From an uncultured virus (IMG/VR IMGVR_UViG_3300044613_002265) (Duplodnaviria > Heunggongvirae > Uroviricota > Caudoviricetes), in the IMG/VR virus record IMGVR_UViG_3300044613_002265: 64,000 bases of DNA. One strand, written 5' to 3'. The notes under the pieces were generated by a model. That model did no database searches. It was not told the DNA's origin and was given only the letters and a program-made list of their open reading frames with translations. How positions within the stretch are numbered: position 1 is the stretch's first letter; each line of letters opens with the position of its first letter. The translations under genes were made by a program, and so were the position numbers. This document shows positions 47,267-56,500 of the stretch, piece after piece.

Positions 47267-47701
47267 TCAACCGCTCACGAAAGCGTCGACACCGGCAGCA
47301 GTCTTCTCGATGGGCATGTCCTCGATCTTCGAGAGACGAGCCACCGACGCGACCGCAGCGGGAGTGCCCGGCGTGGTCACGACCGTGAGATACCGCTTCT
47401 TGCCACGGCAGTCGATGTTGAACCGAGCCAGAGCCCCGGTCGCACCGACGCCGGTCGTCCGACCAGCGCCAGCCGTCACCGAGAGGCCAGCGACGTCGGC
47501 CTGGCCGCTGCCAGCCGTGTCGCTCTGCTGCACCTTCAGCACCGTGGCGTACGAGGCCGTCGCGGCGGTGAAGTGGCTATACACCACGTCGACCGACACG
47601 TAGTCGGCACCGTAGGTGTCGATCTCGTGGCTGTGGGTCGCATTCACGGCCACACTCGCGGCAATCTTCGCAGAGGTCTTCGTTCCTTCGAGATGATTCA
47701 C
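47267..47701 (-). CDS. Capsid decoration/cement-like protein
   Basis: Directly after the major capsid gene; IDTYG...VQQSD...KRYLTVVTTP. Confidence 0.65.
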   Translation of the reverse strand: MNHLEGTKTSAKIAASVAVNATHSHEIDTYGADYVSVDVVYSHFTAATASYATVLKVQQSDTAGSGQADVAGLSVTAGAGRTTGVGATGALARFNIDCRGKKRYLTVVTTPGTPAAVASVARLSKIEDMPIEKTAAGVDAFVSG

Positions 47702-47751
47702 TTTTCAGAGTCTCCAGTCAGGGGGGTTCAGGGTGAGTGTGTCCGTACTTG

Positions 47752-49239
47752 TCACGAAGCAGCAGTCTTGAGGGCCACGATCGGACCAGCCTTCGTGCTG
47801 TCGCCGCAGTCAGCGGTGACGCAGTCGAAGCGGCTCGTCGCGACGATCAACGTCTGGTCGAGTTCCGCATAGCGGTCGGTCGAGGTCTTCAGAGTCAGGC
47901 CACGACGAGTCGCGTAGTACGAACTCATCGAGAGATCACCGAAGAGGAACTTCACGACGCCGGGGTCGGCACCCACCGCGCTCGAAAGCGTGTGGACAAA
48001 GACCACCGGGTAGCCGAGCAGACGCATCTCGGTGGGGGCCGCGAGATTCGCGGAGGTGTTGCCACCAGCGAGGCCCACGTTGTTGACCAGACCGAGACGC
48101 TGCACGCTGGCAGCAAACACGGCGGGATTCACGTACCACTTCGCGTTGCCGCGAGCGTACAGCGGAAGCCGACCAGCGGTGGCGATCAGATCGTCCACGT
48201 CAAGAGTCAGGGCCCCGGTGTTGCCGTTCGCAGCCGTCACGACGCCGCCCGTGTGGGTTCCGTCGTTGATCTTGGTGGCGACGCCGATCATACCGCCATG
48301 ATCCCCGCTGCCATTTCCAACGAAGCCGACGGTGTCGATCAACTCAGCCAGCGACCTTGCGATTTCGCCCGTGATGTAATCGGCCAAGTTCAGAACGGAG
48401 TCTTCCAAAATCTCCGAACTCATGCGGTTCGAGACCGCGACCTTGCGGCAAACAAGTTGCACCCGATCCCAACTGGCGTCGGAATCCGGAATGCTGGCGT
48501 TTTCCCCGACAAAGTAAGCCTTCAGGCCGCCAGTCCGCCGGGGGATCACGAGGGTGTCCGACTTCATCTGGAGGTTGCGGGCGTTCGCGGGGTATGCACC
48601 GTACGACTCAGTCAGGACGATCACCTCATTCAGCACTTCCTCTGCCGTAAACAGACCGCCAGCCGAATTGACGCCCTCGCTCAGGGCACGGCTGTCGATC
48701 ACGCCGTGGTCAGCACACCAACGAGCGGCGTTCTGATCCTTCAGCAGCGCGGCCTTGTAGAACTGACCGGCGCGGTACGCACGCTCTTCGGCGTTCTGGC
48801 CCCTGAAGTTCTTGAGACGACCGGCACCCGGCAGATTGTGATAGATCGACACAGACCGGCCCTCCTTGGCCTTGGGGTAAGCGACCGCCGAGTCCGTGGC
48901 GGGCGTAGACTTGTCGAGGACCGCACGGAGTTCCAACTCCTTCGCGGCGACGCCCTCGTAGAACTTGACCTTCTCGCGGAGTTTCTCAGCACGCTCGCAG
49001 AGGCAGCGGAGTTTCTTCTCCTTCTCTTCGTCCTCCGGCATCGCGCCTTCGGCGTCCTCGACGCCATCGGGCTTGTAGCCGTTCTCCTCGACGTCGTCCT
49101 CGTCCTCGTCCTCTTCTCCGTCGACGGGCGGGGTCATTGCGGCACGCTCGTCGGACACCTCGTCCTGAAGGGCGCCCATCTCAGCCAGCACAGCGGCGAG
49201 TTCGTCGAGGAGAGACTTGATCTTGGCGGACGATTCCAT
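47752..49239 (-). CDS. HK97-fold major capsid protein with N-terminal scaffold (delta) domain
   Basis: Coiled-coil/acidic N-terminus, SRALSEGVNSAGGLF, VGENASIP, SSEILEDS, LLGYPV, FGDLS. Confidence 0.95.
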   Translation of the reverse strand: MESSAKIKSLLDELAAVLAEMGALQDEVSDERAAMTPPVDGEEDEDEDDVEENGYKPDGVEDAEGAMPEDEEKEKKLRCLCERAEKLREKVKFYEGVAAKELELRAVLDKSTPATDSAVAYPKAKEGRSVSIYHNLPGAGRLKNFRGQNAEERAYRAGQFYKAALLKDQNAARWCADHGVIDSRALSEGVNSAGGLFTAEEVLNEVIVLTESYGAYPANARNLQMKSDTLVIPRRTGGLKAYFVGENASIPDSDASWDRVQLVCRKVAVSNRMSSEILEDSVLNLADYITGEIARSLAELIDTVGFVGNGSGDHGGMIGVATKINDGTHTGGVVTAANGNTGALTLDVDDLIATAGRLPLYARGNAKWYVNPAVFAASVQRLGLVNNVGLAGGNTSANLAAPTEMRLLGYPVVFVHTLSSAVGADPGVVKFLFGDLSMSSYYATRRGLTLKTSTDRYAELDQTLIVATSRFDCVTADCGDSTKAGPIVALKTAAS

Positions 49240-49337
49240 TCTTTCTGTTCCTTGGTCTCGTGGTGAGTTGTTCCTGCCGCGTGTAAACGACAGGATTCAA
49301 CCTACGAGACAAAGAACAGAGACCCGAAGAGAGTCAG

Positions 49338-49354
49338 AGTTGTGTCACACAACT
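49338..49354. promoter_or_regulatory. Palindrome AGTTGTGT-C-ACACAACT upstream of the capsid gene
   Basis: Perfect 8-bp inverted repeat. Confidence 0.5.
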
Positions 49355-49518
49355 TTTTCTCGTCGCCACGATCGGGTAGCAGAGACGACCGATCGTGCCT
49401 GGGCTCCGCAAGCACTGCATCGCAGATAGCGAACTTGGTATTCGCCGCAGGGCTTGCTCGTGCGAGTGGTCATGCGACCGCGACCGCACATCCGACATTT
49501 GTCGCCGCTTTGCGTCAT
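49345..49518 (-). CDS. Ogr/Delta-like zinc-finger protein
   Basis: Read by hand: MTQSGDKCRMCGRGRMTTRTSKPCGEYQVRYLRCSACGAQARSV...; ATGA coupling; 57 aa, below the track cutoff. Confidence 0.7.
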   Translation of the reverse strand: MTQSGDKCRMCGRGRMTTRTSKPCGEYQVRYLRCSACGAQARSVVSATRSWRREKVV

Positions 49519-51416
49519 CGCTTCTTCTTCTTGAGAGAGTCCACTACGCCTTCTGCTGCCGCGACTGCAACCGATGCCGAAAGCGGCAGGACGACCGTGG
49601 CGACGAACGAGCCTGCCGCGTTGGCCGTGACCTTGAAACCCTTCCGGACAAGTTTCGCCACATACGACGGCGACTTGGATTTCACGACGATGCTGACCTC
49701 CTTGGGGGAGTTCTCTTCAGCGATCTTCTTGACCTGGGCGATCTCGTCACTCGTGAGCGTTCCAGACTTTCTGGCTGGCGTGATCGTGTACTGAGACTTC
49801 CCCATCTCGACGTCGAAGACCTTCTCGCCCTTGCTGTCCTTGACGCGAACCCTCAGTTTTCCTTCCTTGACCGTCGCGACGGACTCCGGAGAGCCGCCGA
49901 GCCTCTCGACAAGTCCAGCCACTTGCTTCTCGCTCGTGCCGATGTCGTCGATCTTCTGCATGACCCGCGTGGGCTGCATGCTGTTATCGTAGAGCCCCTT
50001 CACGGCCCCGACGGCGGCCCCGACGGCGGCCCCCTTGATCACGTACGGCGGGAACGGGCCAGTGGCTCCAGCGGCGATAACAACGCCTTTGATCGCACCG
50101 GACGCCGCTCCGGCTGCGGCATCGGCGAGTTTGCCGCCCGCGCAAGTGTTGCCCTTCTGAAAGCCGCCTTCTCCGGTGCCGCAGTTTCGAGACTGGGCGA
50201 AGGCGAGCAGGCTGGCGTACCGGCACTCCAGCGACTCAAACCTGAACCCTCGCCAATCTGCGAGGTCGTGGCTCGTCGCCAGGGCGAACTCGCAGAACTC
50301 CTCGTACGATCGCTGCCCTCGATCCTTGGCTTTCTTCACTCGCTCCAGCATCTTCTGGTATCGCTTGTATCCGGCGCTGTTCTTGTCCGTGAAGTCGAGC
50401 GTGAGCGACAGGCCGCTGCCGTTTTTCGACCAGTACTTCTCGCCAGCCTTGGTGCTGAGAAGGTCTTGGAGCGTTACAGCATCTCCACGGAGAGCCTTGG
50501 CCTCGTACTCAGGAGACAAGGCTGGCTCTGGCAGGCCCTTGCTGTCTTCGATGATGCGAGACAGGCGAGCAGGCGAGAGCGCGACGTCGAAGCCAAACCT
50601 TCCCCAGAGCCTGTAGCCCTTGTAGGTGGCATCCGAGTCGCTTCCGGCTGCGAACGTCTTGGCCTTGGATGCTCCGGCTTTCTCGGCCTCGGCGAGCGAC
50701 GTGATCATCTTGTCAATGATCGCCGCGCCGAGAGTTCGCTCGATCGCAGACTCGCCGTGCTGAGACGAGGCCTTCTCTCTTGCGATCGCAGAAGATACTC
50801 CGCTGTCGAAGTCAAACAGCCCGTATAGTGCGAGCGGCGGCTCGTCGCCGTATTTGCGGATAGCGACGTCGAGCCCAGCGTGCCCCACTGGTCGCTGCCC
50901 AGGCGAAGGCCTGCCGCCCACGTAGACGGGAACCTTGGACTCGATGGTGATCGTCTTGGCGCTGACGACTTCGCCAGACCGCCGTGTACTTTCGATCTCG
51001 GTCAAGATGTCAATTTCTGAGTTCTTGCCGTCGGCGGCGCCGAAACGCACGAGCGACGCGAGGCTCTGAAACCCGGCATCTTTGGCGAGCGTCGTGACTT
51101 CCTTGGCGTTGTCGGCCTTGATTGATCCGATGTCTGGAAGGCCAGGCAGTCCTCCACGGTGCGTCAGCGGACGATCTCGGTTCCACCACCCAGGAAAGCC
51201 GTTGGACGTGTTCGATCTCGGCCCGCCCGCGACTGGGTCTGGGCGAGACCGTGGCGGGCTATCTGTCTGGCTTCCGTCGTCGCCTGCCGCGCAGGTGTTG
51301 CCTGGAGCAAACTGACCCGACTGACGTCCGCAGTCTTCTCCCATCGGCAGCATCAACTGCCTGTCTCGCTCCTCGACGAAGGCGAGGAGGTCGGCGTACC
51401 TCGCCTGCAAACTCAT
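49515..51416 (-). CDS. Modular head-locus protein (633 aa): tag + GNAT-like module, tag + glycine-zipper/unknown module
   Basis: DCGRQSGQFAPGNTC; GYRLWGRFGF; SRNCGTGEGGFQKGNTC. Confidence 0.75.
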   Translation of the reverse strand: MSLQARYADLLAFVEERDRQLMLPMGEDCGRQSGQFAPGNTCAAGDDGSQTDSPPRSRPDPVAGGPRSNTSNGFPGWWNRDRPLTHRGGLPGLPDIGSIKADNAKEVTTLAKDAGFQSLASLVRFGAADGKNSEIDILTEIESTRRSGEVVSAKTITIESKVPVYVGGRPSPGQRPVGHAGLDVAIRKYGDEPPLALYGLFDFDSGVSSAIAREKASSQHGESAIERTLGAAIIDKMITSLAEAEKAGASKAKTFAAGSDSDATYKGYRLWGRFGFDVALSPARLSRIIEDSKGLPEPALSPEYEAKALRGDAVTLQDLLSTKAGEKYWSKNGSGLSLTLDFTDKNSAGYKRYQKMLERVKKAKDRGQRSYEEFCEFALATSHDLADWRGFRFESLECRYASLLAFAQSRNCGTGEGGFQKGNTCAGGKLADAAAGAASGAIKGVVIAAGATGPFPPYVIKGAAVGAAVGAVKGLYDNSMQPTRVMQKIDDIGTSEKQVAGLVERLGGSPESVATVKEGKLRVRVKDSKGEKVFDVEMGKSQYTITPARKSGTLTSDEIAQVKKIAEENSPKEVSIVVKSKSPSYVAKLVRKGFKVTANAAGSFVATVVLPLSASVAVAAAEGVVDSLKKKKR

Positions 51417-53542
51417 CTCGACCGTTCCTTCAGGAAGGCCAGCGTCTCGCGAACGACGTCGCGGGACCGCTTGCCCTTCTTCTTGGCGATCTCGCCGCTT
51501 GCGGCCTTATAAGCCTCGCTTGCATCTCCCTTGAACGGATACTTCTCCGTCTTGCTTCCGTCTGGATGAATGCCCTGCACATACCCCTCGTCCGTGCCGA
51601 CGCGCTTGGTCGTCCACGGGAAATCATCACCCTTGCTCCATGTCTGGACGCCGCCGCCTTCGTCGGACTTGCCGCCGTCCTTGCCACCCTTTGAGAGTTG
51701 CTCCTGGCGTGCCTTGTCGATGAAGTCTTGGGCTTCCTTCATTTTTCCAGTGTTTTTATGATCACCCTTTTTGAGTTCCATGTACGGCGGGTCGCTCTTC
51801 TTTTCGAGGGCGGCCTTTGCCGCACCGATGATTCCTCCTGCGACGGCACCAACTCCGGCACCAGCGGCGCCACCTGGGACGGCTCCGATCGCCGCCCCGA
51901 TCGCCGCCCCTTTTGCTGCGCTGCTGGCTACGCCTGAGCCTCCAGTGTCTGGCCTGTCCTTCTTGGCGCCTTTTTTGCCGCCCCCAGACTTTCCTCTTCC
52001 TTTGCTCCCGCCGCTGCCAGCGCTGCACGAGTTGTCGATTCCTCCGTCTGGGCCGGTCGCACAGAACGCCCGCTCTTCGAGGAACTTCTTCGTCTTCGCC
52101 AACTCTTCGGCGACCTTAGCCTTGGTCTGGTTGCGGGAATCAGCGTGTCCAGACTTCTGGAACTGCTGATAACTCCGCTTGGCTACTGCAACAGTGGCGT
52201 CGCCATAAGCAGGGTACGTGACCGGGCCGCAGTCCAGCAGTGACTTGATCCTGGTGACAAGTCTCGTTGACCGGCCGTTCTCGTAACTCCACTTCTCGCC
52301 GCCTTCTGCCACGACGAAACTGAAACTTGAGCCACGCAAGTCTCCGCGAGAAATCGACTCGGCCAAATCAGCCCGCGACTCTGGCAGCAGACACTCGTAC
52401 CGAAGGCCCTTCTCGTCGACGGTCATCTTCATCGTCGTCGGAAAGCGGCCCAGGAGATGGTTTGGGTCGTGGTTGAACAGGCAGCGAGTCTCTAGCGGCC
52501 TCCCCTCGCCGTCCTCGCGGCTCTCGACAAGCGAGAACGCACTCGGATCAATTCTCTCGACAAAGTCCCCGAGAAGCAACGAATCTTTCCCAAAGCGGGC
52601 CGCGTACCCGATAACGTAGGTCTGCGGCTTGCCAGTGTTCGGATCAGCCCGCTTCTCGACTCGAAGCAAATCGGGGTCGGCCTTCTCGACGTTACTGAAG
52701 TTGCCAAGAAACCGACGCTCGACGTTGGGCAGCACAGGGGCACTCCTTTGCTCTGATGAAAAATACCGCTCGACAGCCTCTCGCAACTCCTCCGCGACGG
52801 GCTGGCGGTCTGGGTCTTCCTCGATTCGCTTCAGGCACTCCTCCTTCGGAGTGTCGACGTGGATGTACTCGACCGGAATGTCGGACAGTTGGCCCTTCAT
52901 CTCGTCGCCGATGTTTGTGGTGATGATCCACGTCTTGTCGACTGTCGGCTTCCGGAGGGCCTTTTTGATGATAAGGGCTCTGATATCCGTACAATAAGAG
53001 ATCAGGTTCTTGTTTTTCTGGTGCGGCGGCAGACCTGACAGGGCGCTCATCACCTTGTCGAAGTCGAAGATCACGTCGTTGTCGCCTTTGTGCTGCATCA
53101 CGTAGGACGTCTTGCCGCTGGCTGGGGCTCCGTGGACGACAAAGACGTTGGGCTTGATGCCCTGCGTCGAGCCGAATGGCCGCAGCGACCGCCCCTCCTT
53201 CTCGTCGGCGGCGTTCATCTGCTCGACGACCTTGCGAGCGTACGCCCGCCCCGCGTCGGAGCCCCACAGAGCCCACGCGATTCGCCCGTTGGACGGGAAG
53301 CCATCGTCTCCTGGGTTCCAGCCCTCGCCCTTCTTGTCGATCTCGTGGCGATCAAAGAAGGCCTTCATTCGACGAACGGTGGATGGCGAGAGTTGCGTGC
53401 CGTTCGACAAGTCTCGCGCACGGGCAATGCCAACGGCCGTGCCGCCGCGTCCATGCTCACGCCGCCAGGCGAGGCCCTTCTCGGCCTCTTTGCGGACGCC
53501 GTCGGGCGGGGTGAAGTCGATGTGGGAGTATTTTTCAGGCAT
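51413..53542 (-). CDS. HK97-family prohead protease fused to an N-terminal helical domain, a P-loop kinase-like domain and a tagged C-terminal extension
   Basis: GYAARF, FVERIDPSAF, LFNHD, GDLRGSSFSF, GPVTYPAY; GAPASGKT; IAWALWG; RAFCATGPDGGIDNSC. Confidence 0.9.
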   Translation of the reverse strand: MPEKYSHIDFTPPDGVRKEAEKGLAWRREHGRGGTAVGIARARDLSNGTQLSPSTVRRMKAFFDRHEIDKKGEGWNPGDDGFPSNGRIAWALWGSDAGRAYARKVVEQMNAADEKEGRSLRPFGSTQGIKPNVFVVHGAPASGKTSYVMQHKGDNDVIFDFDKVMSALSGLPPHQKNKNLISYCTDIRALIIKKALRKPTVDKTWIITTNIGDEMKGQLSDIPVEYIHVDTPKEECLKRIEEDPDRQPVAEELREAVERYFSSEQRSAPVLPNVERRFLGNFSNVEKADPDLLRVEKRADPNTGKPQTYVIGYAARFGKDSLLLGDFVERIDPSAFSLVESREDGEGRPLETRCLFNHDPNHLLGRFPTTMKMTVDEKGLRYECLLPESRADLAESISRGDLRGSSFSFVVAEGGEKWSYENGRSTRLVTRIKSLLDCGPVTYPAYGDATVAVAKRSYQQFQKSGHADSRNQTKAKVAEELAKTKKFLEERAFCATGPDGGIDNSCSAGSGGSKGRGKSGGGKKGAKKDRPDTGGSGVASSAAKGAAIGAAIGAVPGGAAGAGVGAVAGGIIGAAKAALEKKSDPPYMELKKGDHKNTGKMKEAQDFIDKARQEQLSKGGKDGGKSDEGGGVQTWSKGDDFPWTTKRVGTDEGYVQGIHPDGSKTEKYPFKGDASEAYKAASGEIAKKKGKRSRDVVRETLAFLKERSR

Positions 53543-56500
53543 CGTTCCACTCATAGTCGTCCAGTTCCCCGTCGTCCCAAATCTCGTTCCACATTTCGTC
53601 AAGCCGCAGCATGTCCTCGGGAGACAGCCACTCGTCGCCAGACCCGAGCGGCATTTCGCGACGATCGGTGCCGAACTTCTTGATGAAGCGGTCCATGATC
53701 TTGGACTGCGGACTCGACCTGTCCGTGAGATCGAACTTCACGTCGAGGTCTTCTCCGTTGTCTCGCCACCAGCGGGTGCCGTCGGGCGTGGCGTGCAGAT
53801 CGAGAAGAGACTTGGCGTGAGACAAGTCTGGCGGCAGTTTGGCCTTGATGCTCGACGGGAGTGGCGCGTCGAAGCCCATGCGGGGCCAGATCGTGTAGCC
53901 TCGCCACGGTGTCGACGTCAGGCTCCCCTTCGTGGCCGACGAGTTACCGGCCGCATTGAGGACGATGCGAGACACGCCCGCTTTGTGTGCTGCCTCCACC
54001 GACGAGACCATGGCTCGATAGAACTCTCGGGCGGCGGCGTGCCGCTTCGCGTCGTCCTGCTTGATCGAGTCTGACACGTTGACAGTGCTGTGATAGACGA
54101 CAGTCTCGCCAGCCGCCGTGACGCCGATCACTGACGAGCCGTGCAGGCCGCTTTCGACCCCGGCGAAGTCCCGCTCGAAGGCGAACATCACAGGCGTGAC
54201 TTTCGAGCCTGGGAACTCCACGGAGAAGTCTGGGGCAGGGCGGACGAACACGTCAGACTCGTCGCTGCCACCGGCGACCATGGGGGCCAACTTCGGGTCG
54301 ACGCCAGCCGCATCCAGTGATGCCTTCACTGCTTTCGGCGATGAGATGTCGATCGAGCCGTACCGGCCGTCGCCAATCGGCGGCGGCGACGAGTCTCGGG
54401 AGGACGCGGGCCATGTTGCCGACTCGTTGCTCGACCACGTTCCGCTGGACGATGGAGGCGAGGCCGTGGCGGGTCCGCCGCTGCTGCCCTCGGCCGCGCA
54501 GTCGTTGCCGCTGCCGAATCGCCCGCCCTCGTCGCGGCCGCAGTCGGCCGACCGCTGCTCGGTCGCTGGCCGCATCAGCCACGGCCGCACCTTGAGGTGC
54601 TGGTATCCGAGCGGCTCGTCGCCCTCGTCTTCGGCGTCGACGGCTCGGCGGGCCTTCCGGTTCCGCTTCGCCAACTCTGCCTTGATGATCTCGGGGCCAA
54701 TCTTCGAGGCGTAGGCGTTTTGGGCGGCGTAGTTGCCGGTCTTCTCGTACACGGCGTTCTGGCCGAACGTCTCAGCGAACAGGGCAGGCCACGCGCCTTC
54801 GGGAAGCGTCGAGGCATGGGTCAGCATGCCGTTGTACTCGCCGTTGGTTGAGAACGAGTAGCCGCCGCGAACGTGCGCGACCATGTCATGGACGACACGG
54901 AACAGGTCGTTGGCGATCATGGGCTCGCCATCGGCAGTCTTGTACTTCGTCTCGCGAAGCATCGGGTGGTCGGGCGTGGCCGAGCCAGTGCCGAATCCTC
55001 GCTCGGTCATAAAGAACGAGAACTCGCCGGTCTTGGCGACCTCTTCTCGCATCTTGTCCGAGTTTGGCTTCGTGCTGCCCGGCGGGTCGCCGTACGGTTC
55101 GCCTTCGCCTCTCCAGGCCCTGACCTTGAGCCCTGCCGCCACGAGGGCCTCGTACTGCCTGCCGATCTCGTCGACGAGGTCGGCGTAGGACTTCTCGGCC
55201 TCTGGAGTCAGCGACGACCCAGAAGACGTCTGCTCGTCGGCGGCCGACGTGAGAATCTTTTCAGGCGGCGTGTCCGCGCGACCCTTTGCCCTGTCCCAGA
55301 CAGACTTCGGATCGGGCGAGACGGAGTCGATGGCGTCGCGGAACTTATCGGAGCCGCGAGGGAAGGACTTGGGCAGCGACTCCTGCGTGCGGCCAGGCGA
55401 GCCTGCCGCAGGCGAGCCGTCGTCAGAGCCGCACGAGTTGTCGACCCCGCCGCCGTCGCCAGTGGGGCAGAAGGCCCTCTTCTGCTTGCGCTTCGACAGG
55501 TCAATGAAGTAGGCTTGGCTTCCGGCGTCTTGTGTCCCAACATGATCATCGCTCAGAAGGTGCGAGACATCGGACTTCTTGATTCGTATGATCGCCGCTG
55601 GTGGCGGGTCGTCAGACGAGTGAAACAGATGTTCCTCGATCTTGCTCTTCCACGCCGCAAGCCCGCTCTTTTCTGTGAAGAACACCTTGCCTTTTGAGTA
55701 GTTCTCGTAGGCGCCGCCCTTGACTGTTGCCTTGGAGCCAAGCGGCCTTGAGAACCCGTCGGAAAGGATTTTCTTTGCGTTCTCTTCTGTCGTCACATGA
55801 TAGATGTAGCCGTCGTCTTGATCTACGAACGACGGCTCTCCTCTGAACAGTTCCGCTGACTGCGCCTTGAGTTTTCCGTCGGTGGCGCTGCACGAGTTGT
55901 CGAGCCCGCCGCCGTCGCCCGTGGGGCAGAAGGCGCGAGACTCCTTGGCTCGCTTGGTCAGGAACTCGACCGCGAGGTCGGCGAACTCATCGTCGTCCAT
56001 GCTCGCGATGAAGTCCGCGAACAGAGCCTGCTCGGGGCCGCCCTTCTGGTCGGAATACAGAGGCAGGCTCATCGGCTCGGCGATGACTCCGAGAGAACGC
56101 TTGCTCTCTCGCCGCCGCTTCTGGTAGTTCGCTGGCTCGGTGACGATCTTGCGGATCACTTCCGAGTAGAGCGAGGGCTCGCCTGGGACCGTGGTCGTGC
56201 GAGACCCAAGCGTGCCCCACGCATCCTGCTCGTCCTGCCACAGGATGTCCTGCATGTAGGCGACCGAGACTCCGGTTCTCTTGGCGGCTTCACGCATCGC
56301 GCGGATCATGTTCGCCCGCATGACAGACGTCGTAGGCGCCCGCATGACGTTGGCTTGGTTTTTCAGGATGGCAACAGCCAAGCGATCCAGTTTGTATCGC
56401 TCGGCTGTGCCGGTTCCGTTTTTGGGATTCGGGAACTTGTCCTTCTTGTACTGCTTGTCTCTCGCCTCGGCCCAGTCTGCGATCTGCTGCGGAATGACGC

